Assembly (NCBI GenBank): GCA_964459555.1
Contig: CAYWNE010000005.1
Coordinates: 5,644 to 69,643, forward strand
DNA length: 64,000 bases
Reading direction: 5' to 3'
From: an uncultured Burkholderiaceae bacterium
Lineage (GTDB): Bacteria; Pseudomonadota; Gammaproteobacteria; Burkholderiales; Burkholderiaceae_D
The notes beneath the pieces are model-generated. The model saw nothing but the letters and a program-made list of their open reading frames with translations, was not told where the DNA came from and did no database searches. Shown in pieces: positions 19,221-27,872 of this stretch (position 1 is the first letter of the stretch; every line of letters starts with the position of its first letter). A program made the position numbers and the translations under genes.

Positions 19221-20405
19221 TTATTGAGATTCAAGTAAGCCCAATTTTCGCATTAGTGGTGTCATGGTTAAACCCTGAACCACAACCGAGAAGGCAACGA
19301 CGGCGAAAGCCATCGTGATGATTTCGGCACGGAAAGGTATGTCCTGTGGAAGACCGAGTGAGAGTGCCAATGCCAAGGCTCCACGGAGACCACCCCACAC
19401 AAGAATATGCTGGTGTGCCATGGAAATGCTCTGACTCGACTTTCTAAAGATCGCCGCAAGTGGATAAATCGCCACTGCGCGTCCCAGTAAAACGAATACG
19501 ATGGCGACAGCCGCTGGCATGAGAAGAGATGAGAAAGATTGCTTTGCTTCGTGTATGCCTATTAGGATGAAGATTAAAGAATTGGCGACAAAAGCAGCGA
19601 ATTCCCAGAATGCTTCGACCGATTCATGGCCTTTCTCGGTGATAGCACCAAGATGTCCACGATTGCCAATGATTAATCCAGCGGTGAGTGTCGCCAGTAC
19701 GCCGGACCAATGAAAATGCTCCGCCGCGAGGAAGGAACTATAGGCGGCGACGGTGGTAAGTGTGAGCTCGACTAGGTGGTCACGCGTTTTGCCAGCGAGA
19801 TAAAGAGTGATGAATGCGATGACAGTGCCACAGGCCACGCCGCCTCCAACAATTTCTAGGACGTTGATGGTCGTTTCTACCGCGGTCGGGGCTTTGCCAG
19901 ATGCGAATGCAAGTACCAGCCCAAACAACACTGCAGCAGTTCCATCATTAAAGAGGCTTTCTGATTCGACTAAGATCCGTAGCTTACCTTTCACACCAGC
20001 TTCCTTGAACGTGGCAATGACAGAAACGGGATCGGTAGCGGCAATGAGGACGCCGAAAATTGCGGCAGAAATTAGCGGCCATCCCAAGATCCAATACATT
20101 CCTGCCGCGGTGACTAACGCCGACAAGATGAGACCCACGCTCGCCAAAACGAGGACGACGGGCAGCACTTTTCTGAGCTCGCCCCATTTCAAGGCGATCG
20201 CTGCCTCAAAAATGAGCGGGGGCAGCAAAGCCGAAAAAATGAGCTCCTTCGTCAGTTGAATACCTGGAGTGAACGGCAGGAAGGTCAAACCGATCCCCGC
20301 AAACAATAGTCCTACGGTATAGGGGAAATGGAATCGCCGCGCCAACATGGCGACAACGGCTGCTAGAAGCAGTAGAAATTCGATACTTTCAATATGTGTT
20401 TCCAT
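19221..20405 (-). CDS. Na+/H+ antiporter, CPA1 (NhaP-type)
   Basis: Polytopic, with the ATDPVSV block typical of NhaP/CPA1 exchangers. The track start at 20420 is TTG. ATG 20405 (METHIESIEF) is preferred, but the start remains uncertain. Confidence 0.75.
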   Translation of the reverse strand: METHIESIEFLLLLAAVVAMLARRFHFPYTVGLLFAGIGLTFLPFTPGIQLTKELIFSALLPPLIFEAAIALKWGELRKVLPVVLVLASVGLILSALVTAAGMYWILGWPLISAAIFGVLIAATDPVSVIATFKEAGVKGKLRILVESESLFNDGTAAVLFGLVLAFASGKAPTAVETTINVLEIVGGGVACGTVIAFITLYLAGKTRDHLVELTLTTVAAYSSFLAAEHFHWSGVLATLTAGLIIGNRGHLGAITEKGHESVEAFWEFAAFVANSLIFILIGIHEAKQSFSSLLMPAAVAIVFVLLGRAVAIYPLAAIFRKSSQSISMAHQHILVWGGLRGALALALSLGLPQDIPFRAEIITMAFAVVAFSVVVQGLTMTPLMRKLGLLESQ

Positions 20406-20481
20406 ATCGCTGTCTTTCAAATAAGTGATGAGTCGTGACAGGCTTGATTAGCCTTTTCAGTTTTCGTTTCTGTCCGCTCGG

Positions 20482-20763
20482 TTAAATTAATTTTCCGAAA
20501 ACATCAATGACAGCATCAAGTGAAGTAATTGAGTCATGGTCGATTTCTCTAGCAAGAATGGTTTGTTTATTAGGATCGAGAAGTTCCTGATTAAATTCAA
20601 AAGCAATGACGAAAATGCCGACTGAAAATTGAATTCTTCTGGAGAGAAGCCAGATACCCAAATAGTACCGTGCTAAGTCAAAGCAGACGAAGAGCGTGGT
20701 CAATTGGATGAAGAAGGTCGCGACATAGCTCGCGACAATAGAGACTATTGTGAGCTTTTCCAT
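20482..20763 (-). CDS. hypothetical small membrane protein
   Basis: 93 aa with two hydrophobic helices. It is the first ORF after leader copy B and lies 61-76 nt upstream of the NhaP-type gene, depending on which start is used. No obvious Shine-Dalgarno sequence, so coding status is uncertain. Confidence 0.4.
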   Translation of the reverse strand: MEKLTIVSIVASYVATFFIQLTTLFVCFDLARYYLGIWLLSRRIQFSVGIFVIAFEFNQELLDPNKQTILAREIDHDSITSLDAVIDVFGKLI

Positions 20764-20782
20764 GGGAGTAAATGACAGAAAG

Positions 20783-20836
20783 TGCGAGGCGGCCCGACCA
20801 TCGCTGTTCCTGCCACATTCCTATGAATGGGCACCC
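20783..20836 (-). promoter_or_regulatory. structured 5' leader, copy B (same motif as 15421-15490)
   Basis: The RNA sense strand reads GGGUGCCCAUUCAUAGGAAUGUGGCAGGAACAGCGAUGGUCGGGCCGCCUCGC. The core GCAGGA(N)ACAGCGA(W)GGUCGGGCCGCCUCGC is shared with copy A, while the flanks are unrelated. Confidence 0.6.
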
Positions 20837-20952
20837 GCGGAGATTTTAACGTAATTGTGTAAATAAGTTAAGACTGATCATTATCCATGTGCGTGAAAAA
20901 TGCAGGGTACGGTTTAGAAACACAACAAACTGAAAAATGTGCAAATCTGGCT

Positions 20953-20997
20953 CAAAAAAAAACGGCGAGGTCACTAGTGTGATACCCCGCCGTTTTT
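20953..20997 (-). terminator. intrinsic terminator of the S46 peptidase gene (A-run/T-run flanked, potentially bidirectional)
   Basis: aaaaaaaacggcgagg...ccccgccgtttttt: a GC stem flanked by an A8 run and a T6 run, 18 nt downstream of the stop codon. Confidence 0.7.
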
Positions 20998-21014
20998 TAA
21001 GAGGCTTTCAAAGA

Positions 21015-23171
21015 CTATTTCTTACTCTTCACTTCCTTAGGATATTTAATCGTCATCTCTTTCAAAATATTATCGGCATGATCGACTTCCTTCATGACCC
21101 ACAGCATATAGCGGATATCCATGTGAATGGCGCGCGTGATTTTGGGGTCGAAGTACCAATCTTTGGTGATCGATTCGTAGGTGGAATCGAAATTCAAACC
21201 AATTAATTCACCGCGCTTGTTCATTACGGCGGAGCCAGAGTTACCACCCGTGGTGTCGGCGCTAGTGAGGAAGTCGACCGGTACGGTGCCGAGTGCTGGA
21301 TCTTTGAAGATGCCGTAGCGCTGTTCTTTGATCGCAGCCAATAAATTTGCAGGCGCGATGAAAGGATCTTTGCCGGTGTGTTTCTCAGCGATACCTTCGA
21401 CCGTGGTGAAGGGGCCTTTGGTGACGCCATCACGTGGTGAGTAAGAACCGACTGTACCGTAGGTGACACGCAAGGTGCTGTTGGCATCAGGGTAGACGGG
21501 TTTGCCTTCGCTCTTCTTCCATGCGATCACGGCTTCCATGTATTGCGGAACGATGAAGTCGAGTTGACCATCGACTTCTTTGCGACGGTTTTCTAATGAC
21601 ATACCGATGTCATGTAACTTCACAGCCCATTGAATGAAAGCATCGTCAGATTGTTGGAAAGCGGCGCGATCTTTGTCCATCCATGCCAAGCGCTTGGCAG
21701 TGTCGGTCAATTGCGTTTTGCTGTACATCGCAGCAACCGCATCAGCGCTCGGCAGCAAGGCGTCGAGGCCTTGTGGATGTTTATCCATCTTGGCATATCG
21801 TTGCAATGCCGCTTGCAAACGCGCTTGATCAACCTTGGCAACGAAGGATTGTTCCAAGCGCGTCAGGCGACCTTTGATCAGCGCCAAGTCACGTTCTTGA
21901 TAACCAGATTCGCGCTGTGCATTTGGTTTTTCTTTTTCGATCGCCAAACGATACAGTGCACGTGCGCTGCTGAACAAATCGCTATTGGTGGCGACCGCGT
22001 ACGCTAACTCTTCTTGTGACAGCGCCATGTCTTCGGCGATGACCGCATCAAGCTTGGCCAACAAGGCTTTCGCTTCTGCCGGTGTTTTACTGGAGTCGAT
22101 CAACCAATTGCGGAAAGACGTATCTTGCGCATCTTTGATGGCTGCGATGTCTTTGCGTGCGAAGCCATCGATCAAGCCTTGGGTTTTCTTTAAACGATTA
22201 TTGATGCCTTTGACCACGCTGGCGTAACGGACTTCATCGTCGGCATTGCCCTTGGTTGCGGCTTCAATCGTCGCGATATCGGCCAACATTTCGGCGGCGC
22301 GTACTGGGTAGTCGGTGTCACGCGCGAAACGAATTTCTGCAGGCAGTTTGTAGCGGCTGGTACGGCCTGGGTAACCCGCTAACAAAATCGGATCGCCGTT
22401 CTTAATCCCTTCAGCAGACACCACCAAGAAATCTTTGGATTTGTAGGGCACATTGTCTGGTGACGGATCAGCAGGGCGACCATCTTTGCCAACATAAGCA
22501 CGCAAGAAGGAATAATCGCCCGTGTGACGTGGCCATTCGAAGTTATCGATATCACCGCCGTAGTTACCAATCATATCGGGTGGAGCGTAGACCAAGCGTA
22601 CATCGCGAATCATCATTTGACGAATGCGGTAGTACTCCAAACCACGGTGGAAGCTCGGCACCGAGCAACGGTAGGCTTTATCTTGCTCGCAATCGGCGAT
22701 GATTTTCTTGATGCGACTTTGAATTTGTTCGCGACGTTCACGGCCACTCAAATTCGCTGCTAAACCTTGCGTGACTTCTTTGGTCACATTGTCGACCTTG
22801 TCGGTGATATAGATGCGAGTGCTAGCACCGGCTGGCAATTCTTCAGCACGCGTCTTGGCGAGAAAACCATCATTGATGTAATTCTTCTTGGCGCTGGAAT
22901 TGCGTTGAATCGCATCGTAGGCGCAGTGGTGATTGGTGACGATCAAGCCTTCTGGTGAAACGAAAGACGCTGAGCAACCGCCAGTGGAAACGATGGCGCT
23001 CATAGGATGCTTGGACAAATCGGCCAGTTTTTCGGCAGGAATCGTGATGCCGATCTTCTTCAATTCGGCTTTTAGTTGCGGCAGTTGATACGGTTGCCAT
23101 TGACCTTCATCGGCGAAACTTGGCGCGGACATCGCTAATAGCGCCGCGGGTAGGGCGAGCTTTTTGAACAA
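21015..23171 (-). CDS. S46 family serine peptidase (dipeptidyl-peptidase 7/11-like), secreted
   Basis: 718 aa. Signal peptide (AMSAPSFA), an N-terminal catalytic His context (LIVTNHHCAY) and a C-terminal catalytic Ser context (TTGGNSGSAV), as in DPP7/DPP11-type S46 enzymes. Confidence 0.85.
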   Translation of the reverse strand: MFKKLALPAALLAMSAPSFADEGQWQPYQLPQLKAELKKIGITIPAEKLADLSKHPMSAIVSTGGCSASFVSPEGLIVTNHHCAYDAIQRNSSAKKNYINDGFLAKTRAEELPAGASTRIYITDKVDNVTKEVTQGLAANLSGRERREQIQSRIKKIIADCEQDKAYRCSVPSFHRGLEYYRIRQMMIRDVRLVYAPPDMIGNYGGDIDNFEWPRHTGDYSFLRAYVGKDGRPADPSPDNVPYKSKDFLVVSAEGIKNGDPILLAGYPGRTSRYKLPAEIRFARDTDYPVRAAEMLADIATIEAATKGNADDEVRYASVVKGINNRLKKTQGLIDGFARKDIAAIKDAQDTSFRNWLIDSSKTPAEAKALLAKLDAVIAEDMALSQEELAYAVATNSDLFSSARALYRLAIEKEKPNAQRESGYQERDLALIKGRLTRLEQSFVAKVDQARLQAALQRYAKMDKHPQGLDALLPSADAVAAMYSKTQLTDTAKRLAWMDKDRAAFQQSDDAFIQWAVKLHDIGMSLENRRKEVDGQLDFIVPQYMEAVIAWKKSEGKPVYPDANSTLRVTYGTVGSYSPRDGVTKGPFTTVEGIAEKHTGKDPFIAPANLLAAIKEQRYGIFKDPALGTVPVDFLTSADTTGGNSGSAVMNKRGELIGLNFDSTYESITKDWYFDPKITRAIHMDIRYMLWVMKEVDHADNILKEMTIKYPKEVKSKK

Positions 23172-23650
23172 TTGATTCTCCTTGGAAGCGTCTTGTTATT
23201 TGACTTGTGGTCATCGAGAGGAAATACAGGGCTGAGAGTATAGCGCTGATCGATCAATTCGGCGACGCGGATGCTTGCCTTATCGAGAACAAGGCAATTG
23301 GTTGTTGCGTAGGGGCAGATTCTTGTGGCGAATTGTCCACGTGTTTCTCGGTGAAGGTCGAGGCTTGGCGCGGGCATAAAAGCAACGCTTCTCAAACATG
23401 GTTTTGCTTGATGAGCTTGTTGGATATTTGGACTGCAATCCGCGCGAGGCTTTACCTTGCGGGCTACGGCCAAGCGTCAGAGCGATGTCCTTGTCTTTTT
23501 TGTAGTTGTTTTAGTGTTCATTATTATCATGCACTTAGGTCACTCAGGCTGGCACATAAATTTCAAACCAGAAACTAACTATGCTAAAGTCAAACTGAAC
23601 GCACCACAGCGGGGCGTTTTCTTTGCGATTAGGCGTCTTCATCGCTGTTT

Positions 23651-24553
23651 GTGTCCATGAAAATATTCGTTCTTCGATGTTTGCTAGGCTTGTCTTTTTT
23701 GCTTGTGTTAACAGCAGGATGGTCTACGCCAGTTGCCGAAGCCGAGGTGATGCAAGTGATTCATCCCGCCGATGAAGAGCCGGGCGATCCGCGTTTTAGT
23801 GATGTCAAAGAGATTTTGCGTATGGCTTTGGAAAAGACCGTTGCTGAATTTGGTCCGTATCGATTGCGCGCCTCGACGCAACATACTAATGGTTTGCGCT
23901 ACCTCAGCAATTTAGCCCGTGAGAGTGATCTGAATGTCGTTTGGAGTTCAACCACTGTCGAGAAAGAGCGCAACTATTTGCCGATTCGTATTCCCTTGCG
24001 CAAAGGGATTATGGGTTATCGACTCGTGTTGATCCACAAAGATCTGCAGGCTCGCTTGCAGCAAGTTCGTAGTCTCGATGATTTGAAAAAATTGAGTGTG
24101 GGGCAGGGAGTTGGATGGGACGACGTGAAATTGTATGAGGCAATCGGTATGAGAGTGATTGAAGCCAAATACAGTAATTTGTTTCGCATGTTGAGTTACA
24201 AGCGGTTTGATCTTTTCCCGCGCGGCATCAATGAAATCTTCAATGAGTATGAGAAGGAAGCTCCGCAGAATCCTGACTTAGTGGTCGACGAGAGCCTATT
24301 GATTTACTACCCTTGGCCGTATTATTTTTTTGTGTCGCAGTCAAACAAGAAACTTCATCAGCGTCTGGAACTCGGTTTGCGAAAGATGATGAAAGATGGC
24401 TCGTTCGATGCCATTTTCTGGAAACATAACGGCAAAGCGATAGAGGCTGCCAATTTCAAAAAAAGGCGCATCATTTATTTGCAAAATCATTTGCTACCAA
24501 AGGAAACCCCGCTTGATGATCCTGCACTTTGGTATCGTCCTAAGCTAAATTAG
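23651..24553 (+). CDS. periplasmic substrate-binding-protein-like protein (PBP type 2 fold), orphan; paralog 1
   Basis: 300 aa with a signal peptide. It has long conserved blocks shared with 31285-32220 (EILRMALEKTVAEFGPY, LPIRIPLRKGIMGYR, IEAKYSNLFRMLSYKRFD, YYPWPYYFFV). No ABC permease or ATPase gene is nearby. It lies 2 nt upstream of the TonB receptor gene. Confidence 0.55.
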   Translation: MSMKIFVLRCLLGLSFLLVLTAGWSTPVAEAEVMQVIHPADEEPGDPRFSDVKEILRMALEKTVAEFGPYRLRASTQHTNGLRYLSNLARESDLNVVWSSTTVEKERNYLPIRIPLRKGIMGYRLVLIHKDLQARLQQVRSLDDLKKLSVGQGVGWDDVKLYEAIGMRVIEAKYSNLFRMLSYKRFDLFPRGINEIFNEYEKEAPQNPDLVVDESLLIYYPWPYYFFVSQSNKKLHQRLELGLRKMMKDGSFDAIFWKHNGKAIEAANFKKRRIIYLQNHLLPKETPLDDPALWYRPKLN

Positions 24554-24555
24554 AC

Positions 24556-26976
24556 ATGATCGACCAACATAGTCATCGTTCGCGTTATCGTTGGCAGGTG
24601 AAAATACTGTGTGGTGTCATCATGCTCGCGCTCGAAGCCCAAGTGTATGCCCAATCTTCGTTGGACAGTTCAAAGAAGAGTGATGCGGGCGAGACCCTCA
24701 CCAAAGTGACACCTGCTACTTCGATCGTGATTGAGGCGCAAAAAAGTCGCTCTTCTTTAGGCATGTCTGCCCAGCTGATTCAATCGCAACTACCGGGCAC
24801 GAATCCATTGAAAGCGCTACATCAATTGCCGGGAGTGACGTTTCAATCTGCTGATCCTTGGGGAAATAATGAGCAAAATTTTTCCTTGTTCATTCACGGA
24901 TTTAGTGCACAACAACTCGGATATACACTCGATGGCGTTCCACTCGGCGATCAACAATATGGCAATTACAATGGTCTGTCGCCACAGCGCGCTGTGATCA
25001 GTGAAAATCTTAGGAGCGTGGTCTTGAGAGCCGGCGCGGGCGACTTAGCCACTGCCTCGACCAGCAATCTCGGCGGCACCATAGAATTTTTCTCAAATGA
25101 TCCGCTGCCACGACAGAAGTGGACGGTTTCACAAACCATAGGAAGTTATGCCGCTAGTCGCACTTATTTGCGTTACGACAGTGGTGAACTTGACGATGCA
25201 AGTCAAGCTTTCTACCTGTCCGCCGTGCGTCTTCGCGCTAGAGCTTGGGACTTCGATGCGGTGCAAGGCGGTGAGCATTTTAATGCAAAGTGGGTTAAGT
25301 ATTTGCCACGAGCGAAACTGAGTGCTTATTACAGCTATTCCGACAAAACTGAACCGAACGAAGATAGTACAGTGAATGGCGGGCGCGAACGTTTCGTGCC
25401 CTACACACGTCCGTTCACCTATCCTAATTTTTCGCTAGCGCTCAGCTATTTGAATGCGCAAGGGCAACCGCCACAACAAGATGGTGCGAATTATCGTAAT
25501 TACTTTGGCGTGGCCCAACGACGTGATCATCTCGCCTACCTGAAGCTTGATCAACAAGCCGATGCAAATGTCACTTGGAGCCATCAGCTGTATGCACACA
25601 TCGATAACGGACTTGGTGCGGTTGCTGGGCCTATCGGCGTTGCAGGTTTGCCTGACCTGTTTCGAGTGTATTTTCCGGCCCAAGACTTGAAACAGAGTTT
25701 CGGCGGTTCAGGTTATGCGGTTCGCACTACCGAATATCAAATCGATAGAGCAGGCATCTTGACTGGCGTACAGCAAACACTCGGCGAACATCATTGGCAA
25801 GCCAATCTGTGGATAGAGCACAATCGCTCCAGCGCTTACCGACGTTGGTATGCACTCGATCGGCAACATCCACTGACACCGTATCAAGTGCCACGTGACC
25901 CTAAGATTACCCAGTACGGCAGTGAAATCGATAACAAAGTTCTGCAGTTTTCCATACAAGACGAGTGGCGACCACGACCTGATGTGCTGCTGCAATCAGG
26001 GTTGAAGTCGAGTTTGCAATTTGCTGATGGGCGTTTTCCGATACAGCCTCAACCTGGCGCGATCCTAGGCGGATCGCTAGCTCTACCTGAGGGCAGTATT
26101 ATCACGCGCCAATGGTTTTTGCCTCAGTTTGGACTGGTGTGGCAGTTAGATAAAGAACAGAATAAGCAACAAGAGCTATATTTGAATCTGCAAAAGAATG
26201 TGCGTCAATTTGTGACTTATGGCGCGGTGGGATTATCGCCTTGGAGTTTAAGTAATCAAGCAGCCTTCGATCTGTTCAAACGTAGTGTGAGCCCAGAGAC
26301 GGCAAAAACCTTAGAGTTGGGTTGGCGTAGCAAGCAAGCGGCATCAGCACAGTTGAATGCTTTGACGGGCATCACGAACATTGAGATGCAAGTGACCGGA
26401 TATCTGGTGCAATTCAACGACCGTCTCTTGCAAATCAACCCAAATCCATCGATCTCCTCCATCGTTAATGGTAATCCCATCTTAGCGAATGTCGGCTCGG
26501 TCAAGACACAAGGCGTCGATCTGGCGATGAATCTGCATTGGGGGGACAACTGGTCATGGTCGAATGCGCTGTCCTATAATAGCTCGCAATATCAAGATGA
26601 TTATTTCAATGGCACCGCGCGGGTTGCCACCGCTGGTAAGCAAGTGCCGGCCTCGCCACAGGTCTTGAATAAATCGCGTCTCGCCTATCGCACGGAAGGG
26701 TTTGAGTGGCAGTTGAATTCAGATTTTGTTGGGCAGCGCTTCGCTACCTACACCAATGATATGCGGGTGCCTAGCTATCATCTGCTTAGTATGGGATTAC
26801 GCTATCGTATGCCAATCACGGCTCTGAAATTTGCGCCGTCTCTGCATTTCAATCTCACCAATCTGAGCAATCGTCAAGGCGTTTCGACACTACAAGTCGG
26901 TGCTGCAAGTGGCGTTTTCAATAGTTTTCCGATTCCGCCACGGCAGGCCTTCGTCGGTGTGAGCGCTACATATTGA
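24556..26976 (+). CDS. TonB-dependent outer-membrane receptor
   Basis: 806 aa. Signal peptide, a plug-type region (LPGVTFQSADPWGNNEQNFSLFIHGF, LDGVPLGD), a long beta-barrel-like region and a C-terminal aromatic residue (..VSATY). Confidence 0.85.
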   Translation: MIDQHSHRSRYRWQVKILCGVIMLALEAQVYAQSSLDSSKKSDAGETLTKVTPATSIVIEAQKSRSSLGMSAQLIQSQLPGTNPLKALHQLPGVTFQSADPWGNNEQNFSLFIHGFSAQQLGYTLDGVPLGDQQYGNYNGLSPQRAVISENLRSVVLRAGAGDLATASTSNLGGTIEFFSNDPLPRQKWTVSQTIGSYAASRTYLRYDSGELDDASQAFYLSAVRLRARAWDFDAVQGGEHFNAKWVKYLPRAKLSAYYSYSDKTEPNEDSTVNGGRERFVPYTRPFTYPNFSLALSYLNAQGQPPQQDGANYRNYFGVAQRRDHLAYLKLDQQADANVTWSHQLYAHIDNGLGAVAGPIGVAGLPDLFRVYFPAQDLKQSFGGSGYAVRTTEYQIDRAGILTGVQQTLGEHHWQANLWIEHNRSSAYRRWYALDRQHPLTPYQVPRDPKITQYGSEIDNKVLQFSIQDEWRPRPDVLLQSGLKSSLQFADGRFPIQPQPGAILGGSLALPEGSIITRQWFLPQFGLVWQLDKEQNKQQELYLNLQKNVRQFVTYGAVGLSPWSLSNQAAFDLFKRSVSPETAKTLELGWRSKQAASAQLNALTGITNIEMQVTGYLVQFNDRLLQINPNPSISSIVNGNPILANVGSVKTQGVDLAMNLHWGDNWSWSNALSYNSSQYQDDYFNGTARVATAGKQVPASPQVLNKSRLAYRTEGFEWQLNSDFVGQRFATYTNDMRVPSYHLLSMGLRYRMPITALKFAPSLHFNLTNLSNRQGVSTLQVGAASGVFNSFPIPPRQAFVGVSATY

Positions 26977-27048
26977 GTCTTACATTTTGGCTTGGTGCTA
27001 TCGTGCGCGTTCAGTGAACTCTGTCGCTCCGCACCTCTATAGCGCGAT

Positions 27049-27672
27049 TCAAATCAGCTTGAGTTCCTGCACCCGGTGAATGAGTTGTACCACATTGTTG
27101 ACCTCGAGCTTGCGCATCAAATTTTCTCTGTGTTTGTCGACAGTTTTGGCAGAAAGGCTTAATTGTTCCGCGATCTCTGCAGTCGCCCGACCTTGGTAAA
27201 TCAGCGCCATGATTTGCAGTTCGCGTGGCGTGAGATCGGTCTCAGTGGCATCGATGTGTTCTTGCACTGTGTGGCTAACGATAGTTTGTGATGAATGGCC
27301 AAGTAGGATTTGCTGTAGACATTGTAGGAGGTCTTCCGGCGACGCTTCTTTTTGCATCACACCATCGGCTTTCGCATCACGCATTTGCTTGAAAATGATG
27401 CCGGAGTTTGCCCCGGTTAAAGCGAGCACTTTCATGTCGGGGTAGCGTTGTTTGCAATAAGCGAGCACCGCACTCGATTCACCGCCAGGCATGTGGTAGT
27501 CGAGAATCATCAAGTCAACACGCTGTTCCTGAAGGTAAGGCAACACCTGATCGAGGCGGCCAAGTTCGGCCACCACTTGGTAGCCTGCTTGTGTGTGCAA
27601 CAGAAATTTCAGGCCTTGGCGGAACAAAGCGTGGTCGTCGACCAAGAGTATGAGTACAGTGTTTTCAGACAT
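27049..27672 (-). CDS. NarL/FixJ (LuxR-type) response regulator
   Basis: Receiver domain (LLVDDHALF...DLMILDYHMPGG) plus a LuxR HTH (LTPRELQIMALIYQGRATAEIAEQLSLSAKTVDKHRENLMRKL). Confidence 0.9.
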   Translation of the reverse strand: MSENTVLILLVDDHALFRQGLKFLLHTQAGYQVVAELGRLDQVLPYLQEQRVDLMILDYHMPGGESSAVLAYCKQRYPDMKVLALTGANSGIIFKQMRDAKADGVMQKEASPEDLLQCLQQILLGHSSQTIVSHTVQEHIDATETDLTPRELQIMALIYQGRATAEIAEQLSLSAKTVDKHRENLMRKLEVNNVVQLIHRVQELKLI

Positions 27673-27872
27673 GAATGCTTTTTTATTTATGAAGTCGAGA
27701 AAGAGTTTTCTTTAATACCACGATAGCGCTGGATAGCGCTGGTGCAGGTGGCCTCTAGTATAGAGTAAGCTTCGGATTGCAGTGCTACAATACCAGCGCT
27801 GTTGTACGAGAAGCTGGCGAGAATCTCTTCTTGCCACACACGACATCAATCCGTCGCACTTTTTTCCCGCTT

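Noticed and set aside
19807-20259. 150-aa plus-strand ORF, with similar long antisense ORFs elsewhere (32788..33384, 34075..34572, 39160..39717, 41570..42079, 46740..47177, 56253..56855)
   Set aside because: All lie antisense to or out of frame with long, well-supported CDSs. They have low-complexity or Arg/Ser/Cys-rich translations typical of shadow frames.
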